Source of the DNA: Candidatus Tayloriibacteriota bacterium
GTDB lineage: Bacteria; Patescibacteriota; Minisyncoccia; Phycocordibacterales; PALSA-1337
Direction of reading: 5' to 3'
DNA length: 64,000 nt
Assembly (NCBI GenBank): GCA_903893855.1
Contig: CAITNV010000054.1
Span: forward strand, 32,562 to 96,561
Part shown: positions 18,581 to 28,609 of the stretch, one piece after another
How positions within the stretch are numbered: position 1 is the first letter of the stretch
How the letters are laid out: every line of letters begins with the position of its first letter
Made by a program: the position numbers and the translations under genes
Notes under the pieces: model-generated
What the model was told of the DNA's origin: nothing
Database searches by the model: none
What the model saw: only the letters and a program-made list of their open reading frames with translations

Positions 18581-20152
18581 TTAGTTTACACCATTATTCG
18601 CAGTCGGGCTAAATGTCTGACAAGCATAGAGCCGGTTATTTGCATCTGACTGTATTGGATCGATGGTAGAACGCAATGTGGTTAGATCTGTATTTGATTG
18701 GGTTACTGCTGCAGTTGACGGAAGGTTACCACTCGCCGCTAAGCCCTGTAACTGCTGGCTTGGATCATTGAGGCCGGTTGCGTTCTGGGCGTCTGAGAAT
18801 TTATTTGCAAGATCAATCAATGATTGATATGAAGAGCTTGCATTGTTGTATTTTACGGTGCTCTGGGCTACAAGAGGCGCGACTTGGGTAAGAATTATAG
18901 TGTTAATCTGGTCTAGCTGACCTTGAGCATGAGCGACCGCAAGTGCATTCGTTTGATTACCTACACCGTAACTTGGTTGTGAGTACTTTGTAATCAAATC
19001 GTTGTTACAACTTTGTGCTTTATTGAGTGTCGTTTGTGCAGCAAGTACAATGTTGAGGCCTACTTGGGCGTTCTGTGTTACTTGTTGAGCATTGTTTAAA
19101 TACGGCTGTATATTATTAATCGTAGACGCCTGTACAGATTGAAGATTATTGCTCTGCTCAGCTTGTATTTGCTGAACATACGCGGTGTTACTTGTTCCAT
19201 TTGAACCGCTAATTGCACCAAGGCCACTCTTAAGTGCAATAAGAACGAGCTGAGAGAAAGCGGCATTAATAATCGCATTAATATCATTTGCGAGTTCAAG
19301 CTCATCAGTTGGTACGCCGAGACTTTTATTAAGTGTGGCCGAAATAGCGCTTCCTGGTGTCTGAACCTCACAATCCTGTCCTGTACCTTGGCCCGAATAG
19401 TCTTCTGGATCGTCAGTACATTTTTCGAAAGAAAGAAAGCCGTTCGCACTTAAAACAAAGTTTTGTTTTAAGGTGACTTGTTGGCCGATTTTTGCATTGA
19501 GATCACTTTGTGCAAGAAGAAATGCACCATTTGGATTGTTTGCTGGTACTGTGGTTAACGTAAGAAATGCCGGCCATCCTCCTTGTCGGAAATCACCAGC
19601 CGTAAAGCCATTTATTGAAGCACCTTTAACGGCGTTCTTTGTATTCTTTACCATGTCACTTAATGTACATGTATAGGGGTTTTTGATTCCTCCCGACATC
19701 TCGAGTGCTAGAGAGATTCGAACACTTATATTAAATGGGCTACAAAGGCTCGCCGCGAGAGGGCTGACACTTGAGAGGAATTTACCCGCAATCTGATCAC
19801 CCACTCCTTCGAAGAATTTTGTTGGATTCTGGATAAAAGAAGGGCTACCATTAAAACCTGAGTTAATCCAAGAGATTATACTAAGGGTTAATTGTTGAAG
19901 TATTTGCTTCACAATCATTACCGCTACTTTATCGAGGCTAAAAGATTTTAGTTGAAGTAATGACTCGGATTGTGCGGATACTCCAGCAGATGCTGCAATT
20001 GTACTAGTGTTTGTTTCTACAAGTATGTCTGAGACGATGTCCCCCGCTCCAAACAATGCATCAACCTTTTTTGGTGCATAAAGTTGTGAGCTTGCAAGTA
20101 CAACAAGCGCGAAGGATATAATGATTGATGTTTTTTTAAAAAAGAAATTCAT
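18581..20152 (-). CDS. Hypothetical secreted Gln/Asn/Ser/Thr-rich protein (523 aa)
   Basis: The signal peptide is MNFFFKKTSIIISFALVVLASSQLYA. The protein is low-complexity Q/N-rich and has a few Cys residues. Confidence 0.55.
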   Translation of the reverse strand: MNFFFKKTSIIISFALVVLASSQLYAPKKVDALFGAGDIVSDILVETNTSTIAASAGVSAQSESLLQLKSFSLDKVAVMIVKQILQQLTLSIISWINSGFNGSPSFIQNPTKFFEGVGDQIAGKFLSSVSPLAASLCSPFNISVRISLALEMSGGIKNPYTCTLSDMVKNTKNAVKGASINGFTAGDFRQGGWPAFLTLTTVPANNPNGAFLLAQSDLNAKIGQQVTLKQNFVLSANGFLSFEKCTDDPEDYSGQGTGQDCEVQTPGSAISATLNKSLGVPTDELELANDINAIINAAFSQLVLIALKSGLGAISGSNGTSNTAYVQQIQAEQSNNLQSVQASTINNIQPYLNNAQQVTQNAQVGLNIVLAAQTTLNKAQSCNNDLITKYSQPSYGVGNQTNALAVAHAQGQLDQINTIILTQVAPLVAQSTVKYNNASSSYQSLIDLANKFSDAQNATGLNDPSQQLQGLAASGNLPSTAAVTQSNTDLTTLRSTIDPIQSDANNRLYACQTFSPTANNGVN

Positions 20153-20158
20153 TATATT

Positions 20159-21088
20159 TTAATGTAAATTTGGCGCAATGATATATCCCGCTTCAGTTGG
20201 TGTGAATGTGATATTTGCTGATTTCAAATATTGACCGACCTCAGTTAGGGCATTTGAAAGATCTAGAACACCTTTTTGATATGCACTAAGTCCCGCAAGA
20301 CTTGTAATGCCGTCAGAATATACTTTCGCTAGGCTTTCATCGGCAAATACTATTTCATTCATTGCATTTACGAGATCAACATGAATTTTTGTTAGCGCTG
20401 ACGGTGCCGGAGTTGCGATAAAATTTTTTAAAATGTTTTGATACGAAGTGATGATCGGGTCGAGCTGTTTGAGCAAGTCAGGGTTCTTTGTATTGAGGCT
20501 GTTTTGCACAATTTCCGGTTCGTATGAATGAATTGTGGTGTTAGCCTTGATGACGGTGACAATAGAATTAACGTATCTTTTAATCGAAATGACGCTATTA
20601 TCAGGTGTAATTAAGATATCTTTTGAGGTGTAAACTTTCGGAGTCGCAATATATGTCCCATCGGCCAAGACCTGATTAGTGATCTGTTGTTGAATTTGCG
20701 GGTCATTAAAATTAACTCCTGCCTTTTGGTATTCAGCATATTTTGAAAAGAGATCTCGGCTAAAAAGGTCAGTCGCCGTAAGGTTAGTTTGTACTGGTGC
20801 CGCTTTCCCTGTTGCCCATGTTGAACTAGCTCCGAGTGTTCCAGAAAGAGACTTTTGCCAATTACCCTCATATGCAACAAGTGAGTTTTGTATAGATGTT
20901 GTAGCGGTCATAATTGCTTTATTGAGCGTAGCAACCTGCTGCTGTTGAGCAACACTCGCATCATTTTGGTATTTTGAAACCACAAAAGCACCAAGGATAA
21001 TAAGGACAGCAGTCGTAATTAGTATAAAGTTTTTAGCGCTAGGTTGTTTCAAGGCGTGTAGCTGGCTAGTAATTTGCATATAGAGCAA
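20159..21088 (-). CDS. Hypothetical bitopic membrane protein (short cytoplasmic N-terminus, one TM, about 260-aa extracytoplasmic domain). Its topology is VirB8-like, but no similarity is claimed. It is the first gene of the T4SS-like operon.
   Basis: The TM is FILITTAVLIILGAFVV. The upstream 21089-21174 region is AT-rich and promoter-like. Confidence 0.5.
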   Translation of the reverse strand: MLYMQITSQLHALKQPSAKNFILITTAVLIILGAFVVSKYQNDASVAQQQQVATLNKAIMTATTSIQNSLVAYEGNWQKSLSGTLGASSTWATGKAAPVQTNLTATDLFSRDLFSKYAEYQKAGVNFNDPQIQQQITNQVLADGTYIATPKVYTSKDILITPDNSVISIKRYVNSIVTVIKANTTIHSYEPEIVQNSLNTKNPDLLKQLDPIITSYQNILKNFIATPAPSALTKIHVDLVNAMNEIVFADESLAKVYSDGITSLAGLSAYQKGVLDLSNALTEVGQYLKSANITFTPTEAGYIIAPNLH

Positions 21089-21174
21089 ATTACATAGATG
21101 CCACTAAAATTATAACAAATATATATAGCTAATAATAGAGATAAACTGCTGTTTTTAAGCGTTTATGTGGAAAA

Positions 21175-22086
21175 CTAAATGATGTATGAACTAAGGGCGA
21201 ACGTAATGTCCTTCCAGTCATTTAGAGACAGTTCTTCGGCACGAATTGTCGGAGAAAATCCTTTGTTTTGCCACAAAGTGCGAATTTTTTCTTTAAAAGC
21301 TTCAATTGTCTGTTTTTCGGAAGTATTTTCGAGTAATGATTCGAGATTTTTAATTAAAACCTTTCGTTTGTGTGCGAAGCCAGTTTTAACAACCTCAAAA
21401 AAGCTTTTCTCGTCAATAGCTATGTTTTCAGCCGTAAAAAAGTCTTTCGATATGTTGTCTATGTATAATAGAGCAGAATCAACGTTGGGAATTGGTCGAA
21501 AGAAGCGGGCGGGCACGGTCGTGACGAATTTTGGTGACCCATAAGCCTTTACGCTTATTGATAATATGCTCTCTTTTTCTCGATTTGATCCTGAATTTAC
21601 CGCGGTATTAACAGAAATACGCTTCGCGACTTCTTTTTGGAGCATTAAAATCATTCTTTTTGGTGGAAACTGGGTTTCTAGAAATTTACGGAGGAATTCT
21701 CCGGTGATGTAATACGGAATATTCGCTGCAATTACATAATTTAGTCCTTTAAGCCCGATATTTTCTGGGTCAATTTCAAGAACATCTCCGTGAATTAGTG
21801 TGAACTGTCTTGTAGACATGCTCGAAGCGAATTTTTCTTTAAGAAAATCGATCGCGCGGTCATCTTTCTCGATTGCAATAACTCGAATGCCTGTTGCGAG
21901 TAGTTTCTCTGTCAGTGCGCCCTTCCCCGGTCCTACTTCAAAGACTATTTCGTCCGCTTCCCCACCAGCCTCCACTCCAATCCTTGCGGCGTGAATCATT
22001 TTGCCAATGACATTTGGAGCATGGAGGAAATTCTGTCCAAGGGATTTTTTGGCGGTAAAGTTATTGTTCGGCTCTTGCATGTACAC
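21175..22086 (-). CDS. rsmA: 16S rRNA (adenine1518/1519-N6)-dimethyltransferase RsmA/KsgA
   Basis: The motifs SLGQNFL and EVGPGKGALTEKL (a SAM-binding site) are present. Confidence 0.9.
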   Translation of the reverse strand: MYMQEPNNNFTAKKSLGQNFLHAPNVIGKMIHAARIGVEAGGEADEIVFEVGPGKGALTEKLLATGIRVIAIEKDDRAIDFLKEKFASSMSTRQFTLIHGDVLEIDPENIGLKGLNYVIAANIPYYITGEFLRKFLETQFPPKRMILMLQKEVAKRISVNTAVNSGSNREKESILSISVKAYGSPKFVTTVPARFFRPIPNVDSALLYIDNISKDFFTAENIAIDEKSFFEVVKTGFAHKRKVLIKNLESLLENTSEKQTIEAFKEKIRTLWQNKGFSPTIRAEELSLNDWKDITFALSSYII

Positions 22087-22101
22087 AGTATACTTAATCT
22101 A

Positions 22102-24009
22102 TTAAAAATCGATAGAGAGGATTGATAATAACTCTCGCGTTTCCTCTATTAAATCTTTATCAATGTCACTGATAAATTGCGATGGAGTATTTACCTTTTG
22201 TGTGCCGAATATGGTCCGAAGTTGAGCATAGCTTAAGAACACCTTCTTTCGTGCGCGCGTGATTGCAACATAAAAGAGTCTTCGTTCTTCCTCTTCTGCT
22301 GCTTGCGTAACGTTGTTCTCGTTCATGCGCTTGTGCGGAAAAAGATCTTCCTCAAGGCCTGTGATAAATACATAATCAAATTCAAGACCCTTCGAAGCAT
22401 GCACGGTCATAAGCTTAACTGCGCGGTTAGTTCTTTCCAATTCATCTTGATCAGTTGCGAGAGCGGCATTCTCAAGAAGTGTCTCAACAGAGCCATATTG
22501 TGACGCAACAGATACAAGTTCACGAATATTTTCTAGCTTTTCTTGGTCGTCCGGCGTGCCATTTTTAAATGCAGTTTCCATACCAGTTTCTTGCATAATG
22601 TACTTGATCAGAGTCGCGGGAGTTTCTTTCTCCGCGAGCGCTTTGATGCGATCAAGTAGCTTTGTAAATGAAGCAACTTTCTCTCGAAGTGATGGACCGA
22701 GCGTCGCAGCTTGACCAGAGATGACTTTAAGGATTGTCGCTTTACCGATTCCGCGCGGCGGAATATTTATTATGCGGACGAGGTCATTTGAACTGTCACG
22801 ATTAATTGCTGCACGGATAAATGAAAGCACATCTCTAATCTCTTTACGGTCGAAGAATCGAGTGCCGAGTATTTGATACGGGACCTTTTCACGGAGGAAT
22901 GCTTCTTCGAGTGCTCTCGATTGAAAGTTTGCTCTATAGAGTACAGCAATCTCGCTTGGATCCTTCCCTTCTCGAATAAGATCACTAGCTTTACTTGCGA
23001 TCGATCTCGCTTCATCAACTTCTGTGTAAGATATAGTTACCTCGATTTTTTCTCCAGCTACATTTTTTGTAAAAAGGGTTTTCTTACGTCGAAGGGTGTT
23101 TTTCTCAATTATTGCATTGGCTGCCGCAAGAATGGTTTGTGTGGAACGATAGTTTTCCTCGAGTAAGATCACTTTTGCTTCAGGATAATCTTTCTCAAAA
23201 TTTAAAATATTGTGAATAGTTGCCCCTCTCCAGCTGTATATATTTTGGTCGATATCACCAACCACAGCGAGATTTTTGTTATTTACGCAGAGTAGTTTAA
23301 CGATTTCATATTGTACGGTGTTGGTGTCCTGATACTCGTCAACGTGCACGTATTTCCATACAGAATTGTAATAATCACGGATTTCTTTGTCATGTTTCAA
23401 TAAAAGGGCAGTTTTTAGTAGTAAATCATCAAAATCAAGCGATTTTTCCTTGCGGAGCGTAGCTTCATAGCGATCCCAGACATCAGCGACGATATTAGAG
23501 AAATAATCATGGACTTTTTCGCGGTAGGCCTTATTAGTGACTGCGTTTCCCTTTTCTCTCGATATTGTGTTTAAAATGATTCCCGGTTCATACTGTTTTG
23601 GGTCTAGAGAAAGGCTTTCTACCGCGTCTTTTACAGCTTTTTTTGAATCATTTCGATCGTAAATTGTGAATTGTCGAGGAATATCGAGCCGTGCGCACTG
23701 TTCTTTGATTATGTGCACACCTAAAGCGTGGAATGTGCTTACAAATGGCCGTTCTTGTATTGATATTGGACGATTTATCATTTTATCGTCAGAAAGTAGC
23801 TTATTTACACGCTCACGCATCTCTTTTGCGGCTTTGTTTGTGAATGTTATGGCTAGGACAGATGAAGGATTGGTGCCTTTTTGAATTAAATTAAGGATTC
23901 TGTGAGTAATTGTCTTGGTTTTTCCAGCTCCAGCACCTGCAAGGATCAATAATGGTCCCTCGGTCGTTTCAATAGCTTCTTTTTGCTGCGGGTTAAGGTT
24001 ATTTTCCAT
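22102..24009 (-). CDS. pcrA: ATP-dependent DNA helicase PcrA/UvrD
   Basis: The N-terminus LNPQQKEAIETTEGPLLILAGAGAGKTKTITHRI is typical of UvrD-family superfamily 1 helicases. The protein is 635 aa. Confidence 0.9.
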   Translation of the reverse strand: MENNLNPQQKEAIETTEGPLLILAGAGAGKTKTITHRILNLIQKGTNPSSVLAITFTNKAAKEMRERVNKLLSDDKMINRPISIQERPFVSTFHALGVHIIKEQCARLDIPRQFTIYDRNDSKKAVKDAVESLSLDPKQYEPGIILNTISREKGNAVTNKAYREKVHDYFSNIVADVWDRYEATLRKEKSLDFDDLLLKTALLLKHDKEIRDYYNSVWKYVHVDEYQDTNTVQYEIVKLLCVNNKNLAVVGDIDQNIYSWRGATIHNILNFEKDYPEAKVILLEENYRSTQTILAAANAIIEKNTLRRKKTLFTKNVAGEKIEVTISYTEVDEARSIASKASDLIREGKDPSEIAVLYRANFQSRALEEAFLREKVPYQILGTRFFDRKEIRDVLSFIRAAINRDSSNDLVRIINIPPRGIGKATILKVISGQAATLGPSLREKVASFTKLLDRIKALAEKETPATLIKYIMQETGMETAFKNGTPDDQEKLENIRELVSVASQYGSVETLLENAALATDQDELERTNRAVKLMTVHASKGLEFDYVFITGLEEDLFPHKRMNENNVTQAAEEEERRLFYVAITRARKKVFLSYAQLRTIFGTQKVNTPSQFISDIDKDLIEETRELLSILSIDF

Positions 24010-24206
24010 AATGTAGAAGATAAACTATAGCACAATTTTACCCACAGGGCTTCATTGACTTTTTGCATTTTTTCGACTATTCTTGCATAGAAATGTTAAA
24101 AATCTTATTTTATTATATGGCTCAATAAAGCCATTTAATAAAATAAATACTGATTAGTCTGTTACGGTTCACTCCGTGTACCCCTTCCCGATTTATCATT
24201 TCTATT

Positions 24207-25388
24207 ATGCAATTTTTCTCCCAAGAACGTTGGTTATATAGGTTACAACAGATAAAGGCATATCCAAAAGAGCTTATCCTCGCTTTCATCTTGGTTATTA
24301 CTTCATTTGTTTTCCCCACGATAGCAAATGCGGGTTTTTTCTCATTTGTCACAGACTTTTCTGCAAATAAAGCATCCGCAGAGACCAGACCTGCAACCAC
24401 GACAAATAACCCTCCGGAGAAGGTCACTTCACAGAATATGGTTATTTTAAGCGCTGCAATAAACCCTAATCCGAACCCCGACACTATCAGTTCAAGCGAT
24501 TTACCGATTTTAGGTAATGCTATAGCCCCAGAAGCTGCGACACTCGATAGTGCTACTAATACTATTGGCTTTGTAAACACTGCAATTAGTACGTATGTAG
24601 TTCGCCAAGGAGATACTCCAGCTCTTATTGCCAAGCTTTTCGGTGTTTCGGTTAATACCCTTATTTGGGCTAATGATTTGTCAGCCAACCCTATTTTGAC
24701 ACCCGGTCAGACTATCGTTATCTTGCCTGTTTCGGGCATTAACTATACTTTTAAAAAGGGTGACACCCTTCAGGCCGTCGTAAAGAAATTTAATGCTGAT
24801 TTGACTGAAGTTTTGCAATATAATAACGTTACTGCCACGTCAACATTGGCCATCGGAGATTCTATTATTATCCCTGATGCTGAACTTGGAACAATTAAGG
24901 CACCTTCAGCTAATGTGCAGAAGACTACCACAATTGCTCGATATACCGGTAAAGGTATTCCGCCGCGATCACTTTGGGGTGTTACTGGAGAAAATCCCGC
25001 TCATGATACAAATGGGCCAGATCTCGGAGACTATTTTATCCGCCCAGTTGCACATGGTGTAGTTACACAAGGTTTGCACGGGTTTAATGCTGTTGATATC
25101 GCTGCGCCTGTTGGAACACCACTTCTCGCTTCTGCTGCAGGTACAGTTATTGTTAGCAAGACTTCTGGTTGGAATGGTGGTTATGGAAATTATATTGTAA
25201 TTAGCCATCCTAATGGCACGCAGACAGTTTATGGACATGCAAGCAAGAACTATGTAAGTGTCGGACAAACAGTATCACAGGGGCAAGTTATTGGACTTGT
25301 TGGCAAAACAGGTGAAGCGACAGGGGCTCATGCCCACTTTGAAATACGAGGTGCTAAAAATGACTTCGCTACGCCAGTCGCTTTCTAG
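24207..25388 (+). CDS. Secreted peptidoglycan hydrolase: two LysM domains plus a C-terminal M23 metallopeptidase
   Basis: The LysM segments are YVVRQGDTPALIAKLFGVSVNTL and YTFKKGDTLQAVVKKFNADLTEVL. The M23 motifs are HGFNAVDIAAPVGTP and GxxGxATGAHAHFEI. Confidence 0.85.
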   Translation: MQFFSQERWLYRLQQIKAYPKELILAFILVITSFVFPTIANAGFFSFVTDFSANKASAETRPATTTNNPPEKVTSQNMVILSAAINPNPNPDTISSSDLPILGNAIAPEAATLDSATNTIGFVNTAISTYVVRQGDTPALIAKLFGVSVNTLIWANDLSANPILTPGQTIVILPVSGINYTFKKGDTLQAVVKKFNADLTEVLQYNNVTATSTLAIGDSIIIPDAELGTIKAPSANVQKTTTIARYTGKGIPPRSLWGVTGENPAHDTNGPDLGDYFIRPVAHGVVTQGLHGFNAVDIAAPVGTPLLASAAGTVIVSKTSGWNGGYGNYIVISHPNGTQTVYGHASKNYVSVGQTVSQGQVIGLVGKTGEATGAHAHFEIRGAKNDFATPVAF

Positions 25389-25389
25389 A

Positions 25390-26913
25390 TTATTGATTAG
25401 TATTTCTCTGGCGATATTGCAAGGCTTCGAGTATATGTTCTTTTTTAATTTCAATTGATTTTGCTAGGCAGGCTATAGTCCTAGCCACTCGTAATGTACG
25501 CAGGTATGATCTACCTGAAAGGTGTAACTTTTTGGCATATTCTACATACAAATTCTCTGATTCTTTCGGCGTGTAGAATTTTTCTTTATGTTCAATTTCA
25601 AATTGACGCGCTGAAATAACTCTTTGTCGTATTTTGTCTGATGATTCTGGTCGTTCTGTTAGGTTATTGGTGTTTTTGTTTACTAAAAATTTATCATATT
25701 CGACTTGAGATAGTGTTACCCACATATCGATACGGTCGATAATCGGGCCTGAGATCTTCTTTTGGTATTGTAATAGTTCCCGATATGAACAAATACATTT
25801 CTTGTCGCTAGGGCGAGGACTAAAGAGCTTTGAGGCGTTTGCATAACCACAAGGACAAGGATTCATGGCTGCAATAAATATGCATGCAGCAGGATAAGTG
25901 ATTGAACCCTTTGAGCGTGTAATTGTAATCTTCTGTTCTTCCAGTGGTTGGCGCAATGTGTCAATTGCATAACGATTGAATTCTGGAAACTCATCCATAA
26001 AGAACACACCCCTATGCGCCAGTGTTATTTCCCCTGGTCGCATTGTAGCGCCACCACCTGTGAGTGATATATGAGAAGAAGTATGATGAGGAGACCGAAA
26101 TGGTGGCATCATCACAATCTCATCCCCAATAATACCTGCTATTGAGTGCACCTCTGTTACTTCAAGTATTTCTTCTTTGGTAAGCGGTGGAAGTATCGTT
26201 GGAAATGTTCTTGCAAGCATTGTCTTCCCTGTTCCAGGGGGTCCACTCATTGCAATGTTGTGTCTACCAGCTGCTGCGATTTCAAGAGCTCTTTTTGCAT
26301 TGTCTTGTCCGAATATCAAAGCAAAGTCACTATCTATTGCCTTCTGGTGAGCTACAAGTTCTATCCGTGTTGTCTTTTGGGGTGTTATGTATGAAAAATT
26401 TTTAACATGATCGACGACTTCTTTTAGTGTGTCTGCAGGGTAAATTGTGATTCCAGAAATAAGTGCTGCCTCGAATGCATTCGCTCGAGGTAAAAATATG
26501 TATTTGAAACCTATTTTCTGAGCAGCTTTTACAATAGCAAGTATTCCCCCAACCCTCCGAAGACGCCCCTCGAGCGAAAGCTCTCCAGCAAATAATGTCT
26601 TGTTGTCATTCATGACCAGATCACCTGTTGCAGATAAATATCCTATTGCCATACCAAGATCAAATACTGGACCTTCTTTTCTAATATCTGCAGGTGCAAG
26701 GCTAATTACTACGCGCTGGTTCTTTTGTTTTGGGGATATAAAACCCGCATTTTTGATAGCTGCAGATATCCTATCCTTTGATTCGGTAACTGCTTTATCC
26801 CCCAATCCGATTACAAAAAATGAATGCAGACCATTAGATATGTCTACCTCTATCGTAATAATATCTACAGTCATTCCTATGACCTGTGCTGAATATACTT
26901 TTGAAACACTCAT
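25390..26913 (-). CDS. comM: YifB/ComM family Mg-chelatase-like AAA+ ATPase
   Basis: The N-terminal Lon-like segment is MSVSKVYSAQVIGMTVDIITIEVDIS. A Walker A GPPGTGKTM and a C-terminal Mg-chelatase domain are present. Confidence 0.88.
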   Translation of the reverse strand: MSVSKVYSAQVIGMTVDIITIEVDISNGLHSFFVIGLGDKAVTESKDRISAAIKNAGFISPKQKNQRVVISLAPADIRKEGPVFDLGMAIGYLSATGDLVMNDNKTLFAGELSLEGRLRRVGGILAIVKAAQKIGFKYIFLPRANAFEAALISGITIYPADTLKEVVDHVKNFSYITPQKTTRIELVAHQKAIDSDFALIFGQDNAKRALEIAAAGRHNIAMSGPPGTGKTMLARTFPTILPPLTKEEILEVTEVHSIAGIIGDEIVMMPPFRSPHHTSSHISLTGGGATMRPGEITLAHRGVFFMDEFPEFNRYAIDTLRQPLEEQKITITRSKGSITYPAACIFIAAMNPCPCGYANASKLFSPRPSDKKCICSYRELLQYQKKISGPIIDRIDMWVTLSQVEYDKFLVNKNTNNLTERPESSDKIRQRVISARQFEIEHKEKFYTPKESENLYVEYAKKLHLSGRSYLRTLRVARTIACLAKSIEIKKEHILEALQYRQRNTNQ

Positions 26914-26975
26914 GCCGATATAGTAGCAGAGTGTGTTAAATTTTCTTTAAATAAAGTCTAAAGTAAAGATAGATT

Positions 26976-27341
26976 TTATTTAGCCATGTGTTCTAGGCAG
27001 GTATTTGCAGAAGAATTCGCTTCTAGACGGTCATTTTCGATTGGTTTATTGCAGATTTCGCAAACACCATATGTTCCCTTCTCAATTCTTTCAAGTGCAG
27101 AATTAACTGCGGATAGTTGTGTTTCTAGTTGTTCAAGAATCGCAGAATTTTCTTCAAAGTCTTCGATTTTATCAGCGAGTTCGTTTTCATCGGCATTGTC
27201 GACATCCATCTTCGAGGGGCTAGCTTCCCATCCCCCAGCAATCTTTGAATCAGTATGTCCAAGGCTTTTAAGCTCGGTTTCGAGCATGTTTTTTTCTGTG
27301 TTTAATTTTTTACCGAAATGCTCGAGATCTTTTTTATTCAT
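26976..27341 (-). CDS. DksA/TraR-family C4-type zinc-finger protein
   Basis: A coiled-coil N-terminus is followed by C-terminal GTYGVCEICNKPIENDRL...TCLEH. The protein is 121 aa. Confidence 0.65.
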   Translation of the reverse strand: MNKKDLEHFGKKLNTEKNMLETELKSLGHTDSKIAGGWEASPSKMDVDNADENELADKIEDFEENSAILEQLETQLSAVNSALERIEKGTYGVCEICNKPIENDRLEANSSANTCLEHMAK

Positions 27342-27381
27342 AGTGGTTTTATTATTTTCGGTTATATACTACCTCATTATT

Positions 27382-28581
27382 TTAACGTATATAGCCTTGT
27401 TTTTCAATCCGTCCAACAATGTTACGGAATGTAGCTTCATCTCGTGTAATGAGTAATTTCTGGTTATCGATGAAGCCATATAAGAATAGGGGTACACCAG
27501 TAATACTCACATATTCTCGTATATTCTTATTGTCGAGGATTCTATCTTGATATGTGCCATGTACACCGATTGGGAATCCAAGAACTTGGCTTAAATCTTC
27601 AGGGATTGTCGGCTCCCAAGCTAACATTCCAGCGAATGTATTTTGAAAAAAGTTTGTGGTTACAAGCATAAATGGCGCAGCTCTGGTGTCACCAGTAGAA
27701 TCAAGACCGAACATCCAAGAATTACCAAGTGATGTTGTAAAAGAGGTCGGTGGGTTTATTTTTATTTGATACAAAAACTGCACCGGCGTAATCACCTGAA
27801 TCGTGGTGGAAGTGCTGTAATCTCGTGTTTCAAAGACTATTTCACTAATTGATCCGAGCTGTGCCGCTTGACCAGTCAATGGCTTTTTAATTTCAGTAAA
27901 TATATCAGACGGTTTAAAGTCTGTAATATCTACAATTTTTTGAAAATTAGGAGTGACAATGCTCGGTACGCTTTGTTGGTCTACTGTATTTTGTCGGGTT
28001 GTGGTTATTGGTTGTGGCGTTTTGTTTTTGTATTGACTGTAAAGATAATATCCAACGGTAAATCCACCACCAATAAGGATGACACTAATAATAATTTGAA
28101 AAAATATTTTAAGACTATTACCACCCCTCTTTTTTTCAGCTTTAACTTCTGTGTAGCTATCTTGTTGCGTATGTATTTTTTGAGGGTGCATCTGAGGGGA
28201 AACAAACACTTTTTGAGCTTGTTTCACTACCGGCACTGGTTCGATTGGTGTTGCTGGAATAAAGGTCGGTCTCGTTGTTAAGTTTACTGTTTCAATTACC
28301 GGCTCTTTTTCTGCTACCGGTGGAGTGTTTGTTGCTATTTCATTATTAGCACCTACGGGATTCATGTTAACTGTCTCTGCGGGTTGCATTTGCTCCTGTG
28401 AAGGAATTGAAGCTGTTTCCTTTCTTCGTCTATCAGCTTCTGCAATTACAATAGATGCTGTCGAGATTTTTTTCGCAGCAGCAGCTTCTGCTATATCGTT
28501 TTCATACGTACGAACCGCTGGTATTTTATAACCAACTGGTCCGTGATCTTTGTTTTGCGATTGTGGAGAGTTTTCTTCCAT
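27382..28581 (-). CDS. Hypothetical bitopic membrane protein (about 150-aa cytoplasmic N-terminus, one TM, C-terminal extracytoplasmic domain)
   Basis: The TM is IFFQIIISVILIGGGFTVGYYLY. No recognisable motif is present. Confidence 0.5.
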   Translation of the reverse strand: MEENSPQSQNKDHGPVGYKIPAVRTYENDIAEAAAAKKISTASIVIAEADRRRKETASIPSQEQMQPAETVNMNPVGANNEIATNTPPVAEKEPVIETVNLTTRPTFIPATPIEPVPVVKQAQKVFVSPQMHPQKIHTQQDSYTEVKAEKKRGGNSLKIFFQIIISVILIGGGFTVGYYLYSQYKNKTPQPITTTRQNTVDQQSVPSIVTPNFQKIVDITDFKPSDIFTEIKKPLTGQAAQLGSISEIVFETRDYSTSTTIQVITPVQFLYQIKINPPTSFTTSLGNSWMFGLDSTGDTRAAPFMLVTTNFFQNTFAGMLAWEPTIPEDLSQVLGFPIGVHGTYQDRILDNKNIREYVSITGVPLFLYGFIDNQKLLITRDEATFRNIVGRIEKQGYIR

Positions 28582-28609
28582 ATACGCATTATAACAGATT
28601 TAGTGTTTT

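Noticed and set aside
17357-18649. Several plus-strand ORFs of 75-145 aa antisense to the VirB6-like gene
   Set aside because: They are shadow ORFs of a long hydrophobic gene with no independent support.
21089-21174. Promoter of the T4SS-like operon
   Set aside because: The region is AT-rich and certainly regulatory, but no unambiguous -35/-10 pair could be assigned on the minus strand, so it was not listed as a feature.
24122-24688. 188-aa minus-strand ORF overlapping the 5' half of the LysM-M23 gene
   Set aside because: The plus-strand gene has clear LysM and M23 motifs and a signal peptide. The antisense frame has no features.
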